A stretch of DNA of 61,236 nt, filler included, from Hausera hauseri (taxonomy: Eukaryota), in NCBI GenBank assembly GCA_046269625.1. It is 11 parts of 11 records of this genome, joined end to end, with 100 filler letters (N's around TTAATTAATTAA, not from the genome) between each part and the next. Parts side by side here need not be neighbours in the genome. Positions count along the whole stretch, not along the records: positions 56,114 to 61,236 come from JBJURY010328938.1; 10 more parts are not named here. The stretch is one strand, 5' to 3'. Positions 60,610-61,236 of the stretch are shown here, one piece after another. A program made the translations under genes and the position numbers. Numbering within the stretch: position 1 is the first letter of the stretch; every line of letters begins with the position of its first letter. The notes below the pieces were generated by a model that made no database searches, was not told the DNA's origin, and saw nothing but the letters and a program-made list of their open reading frames with translations.

Positions 60610-61236
60610 TTTCAGTAGCCAATGTTCATACGCCCAACTCTTATTTCGCCCCACCCACTTTCACTTATCATCGTTACATGACAAAGCGACTTTTGCACTA
60701 GTTATTGTGTACAGCTGGTGCTTAATTGATCGGATGATAGTTTGAGACAAAACAGCCACTGATTGTCCTCCTTCTGCTGCTGCTGCTGCTTCATATATAC
60801 GGCGGTAATCACCGTGGCCGATTTTTGACTGCTTCAGCTGGACTCCTTTTGCTCGCATTTTTGGTCCACAGTCCGTCAGAAGACTCTAGCACTTTGGGCG
60901 TAGGAATATCCTTTCCTGATACTGAACTCTGCCTTCACTTTCATCTTTGAAGCAGCCGATTTTGATGGTAATCGTGATGCTGTACAACGAATGATCCTGT
61001 GGGCAGTTCGACGTATCCAGTAATCTATCTGACTGCATTTGCTACAGTAGCTGTTCGCTATTGACTATTTTCATACGCAAAAAAATACTGTCTGCGTCAC
61101 CGGCAATTACACTAATGTTACAGCCATCAAACATTTGCCTGTAACGTGCAAAATCACGATACTGTAGCTCAAACATCCGCAACTTTCTCGGGTCCAATAC
61201 CACTTTTCCAATGTAACTTGGCCGGTCTAGAACGAC
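60610..61236 (-). pseudogene. Polinton pPolB C-terminal part (same subtype as 5497-6526)
   Basis: LDRPSYIG, AGDADSIF, LDTSN, IGCFKDESEG, FLRPKC, RAKGV, KVALSCNDDK, AYEHW. Confidence 0.88.

Overview
This window is not one locus. It is 11 unrelated contigs joined by artificial 100-bp spacers (N44-TTAATTAATTAA-N44). Three contigs are teleost-like (1-5396, 17039-21488, 36832-47592). They hold the 5' end of a secreted-protein gene (COL14A1-like exon layout), an internally deleted Harbinger element, many fish retroelements and a 4-exon hyosophorin/PSGP-like egg glycoprotein gene that the ORF track misses. The other eight contigs look non-vertebrate, probably a co-sequenced parasite or contaminant, and are almost entirely decayed mobile DNA: Polinton/Maverick pieces, CsRN1-like Gypsy elements, mariner, hAT and Penelope. 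The strongest novelty candidate is a Gypsy-type LTR retroelement seen as two diverged copies plus a solo LTR. Its integrase runs in-frame into a signal-peptide, 3xFN3-like, TM surface protein in the env position. This is followed by a ~800-codon accessory ORF with a DEDDh (REXO4/ISG20-like) fold lacking the catalytic residues and a C3HC4 RING. Its U5 carries a covarying hairpin. Also notable are a Polinton family carrying a TBP-like gene, dUTPase, a DEDD-like protein and an IAP-type RING behind TATA boxes, and intronless Drosha and APC1 (possibly also UTP20) fragments abutting a Gypsy gag. All protein identifications come from motif recognition by eye and need database confirmation.
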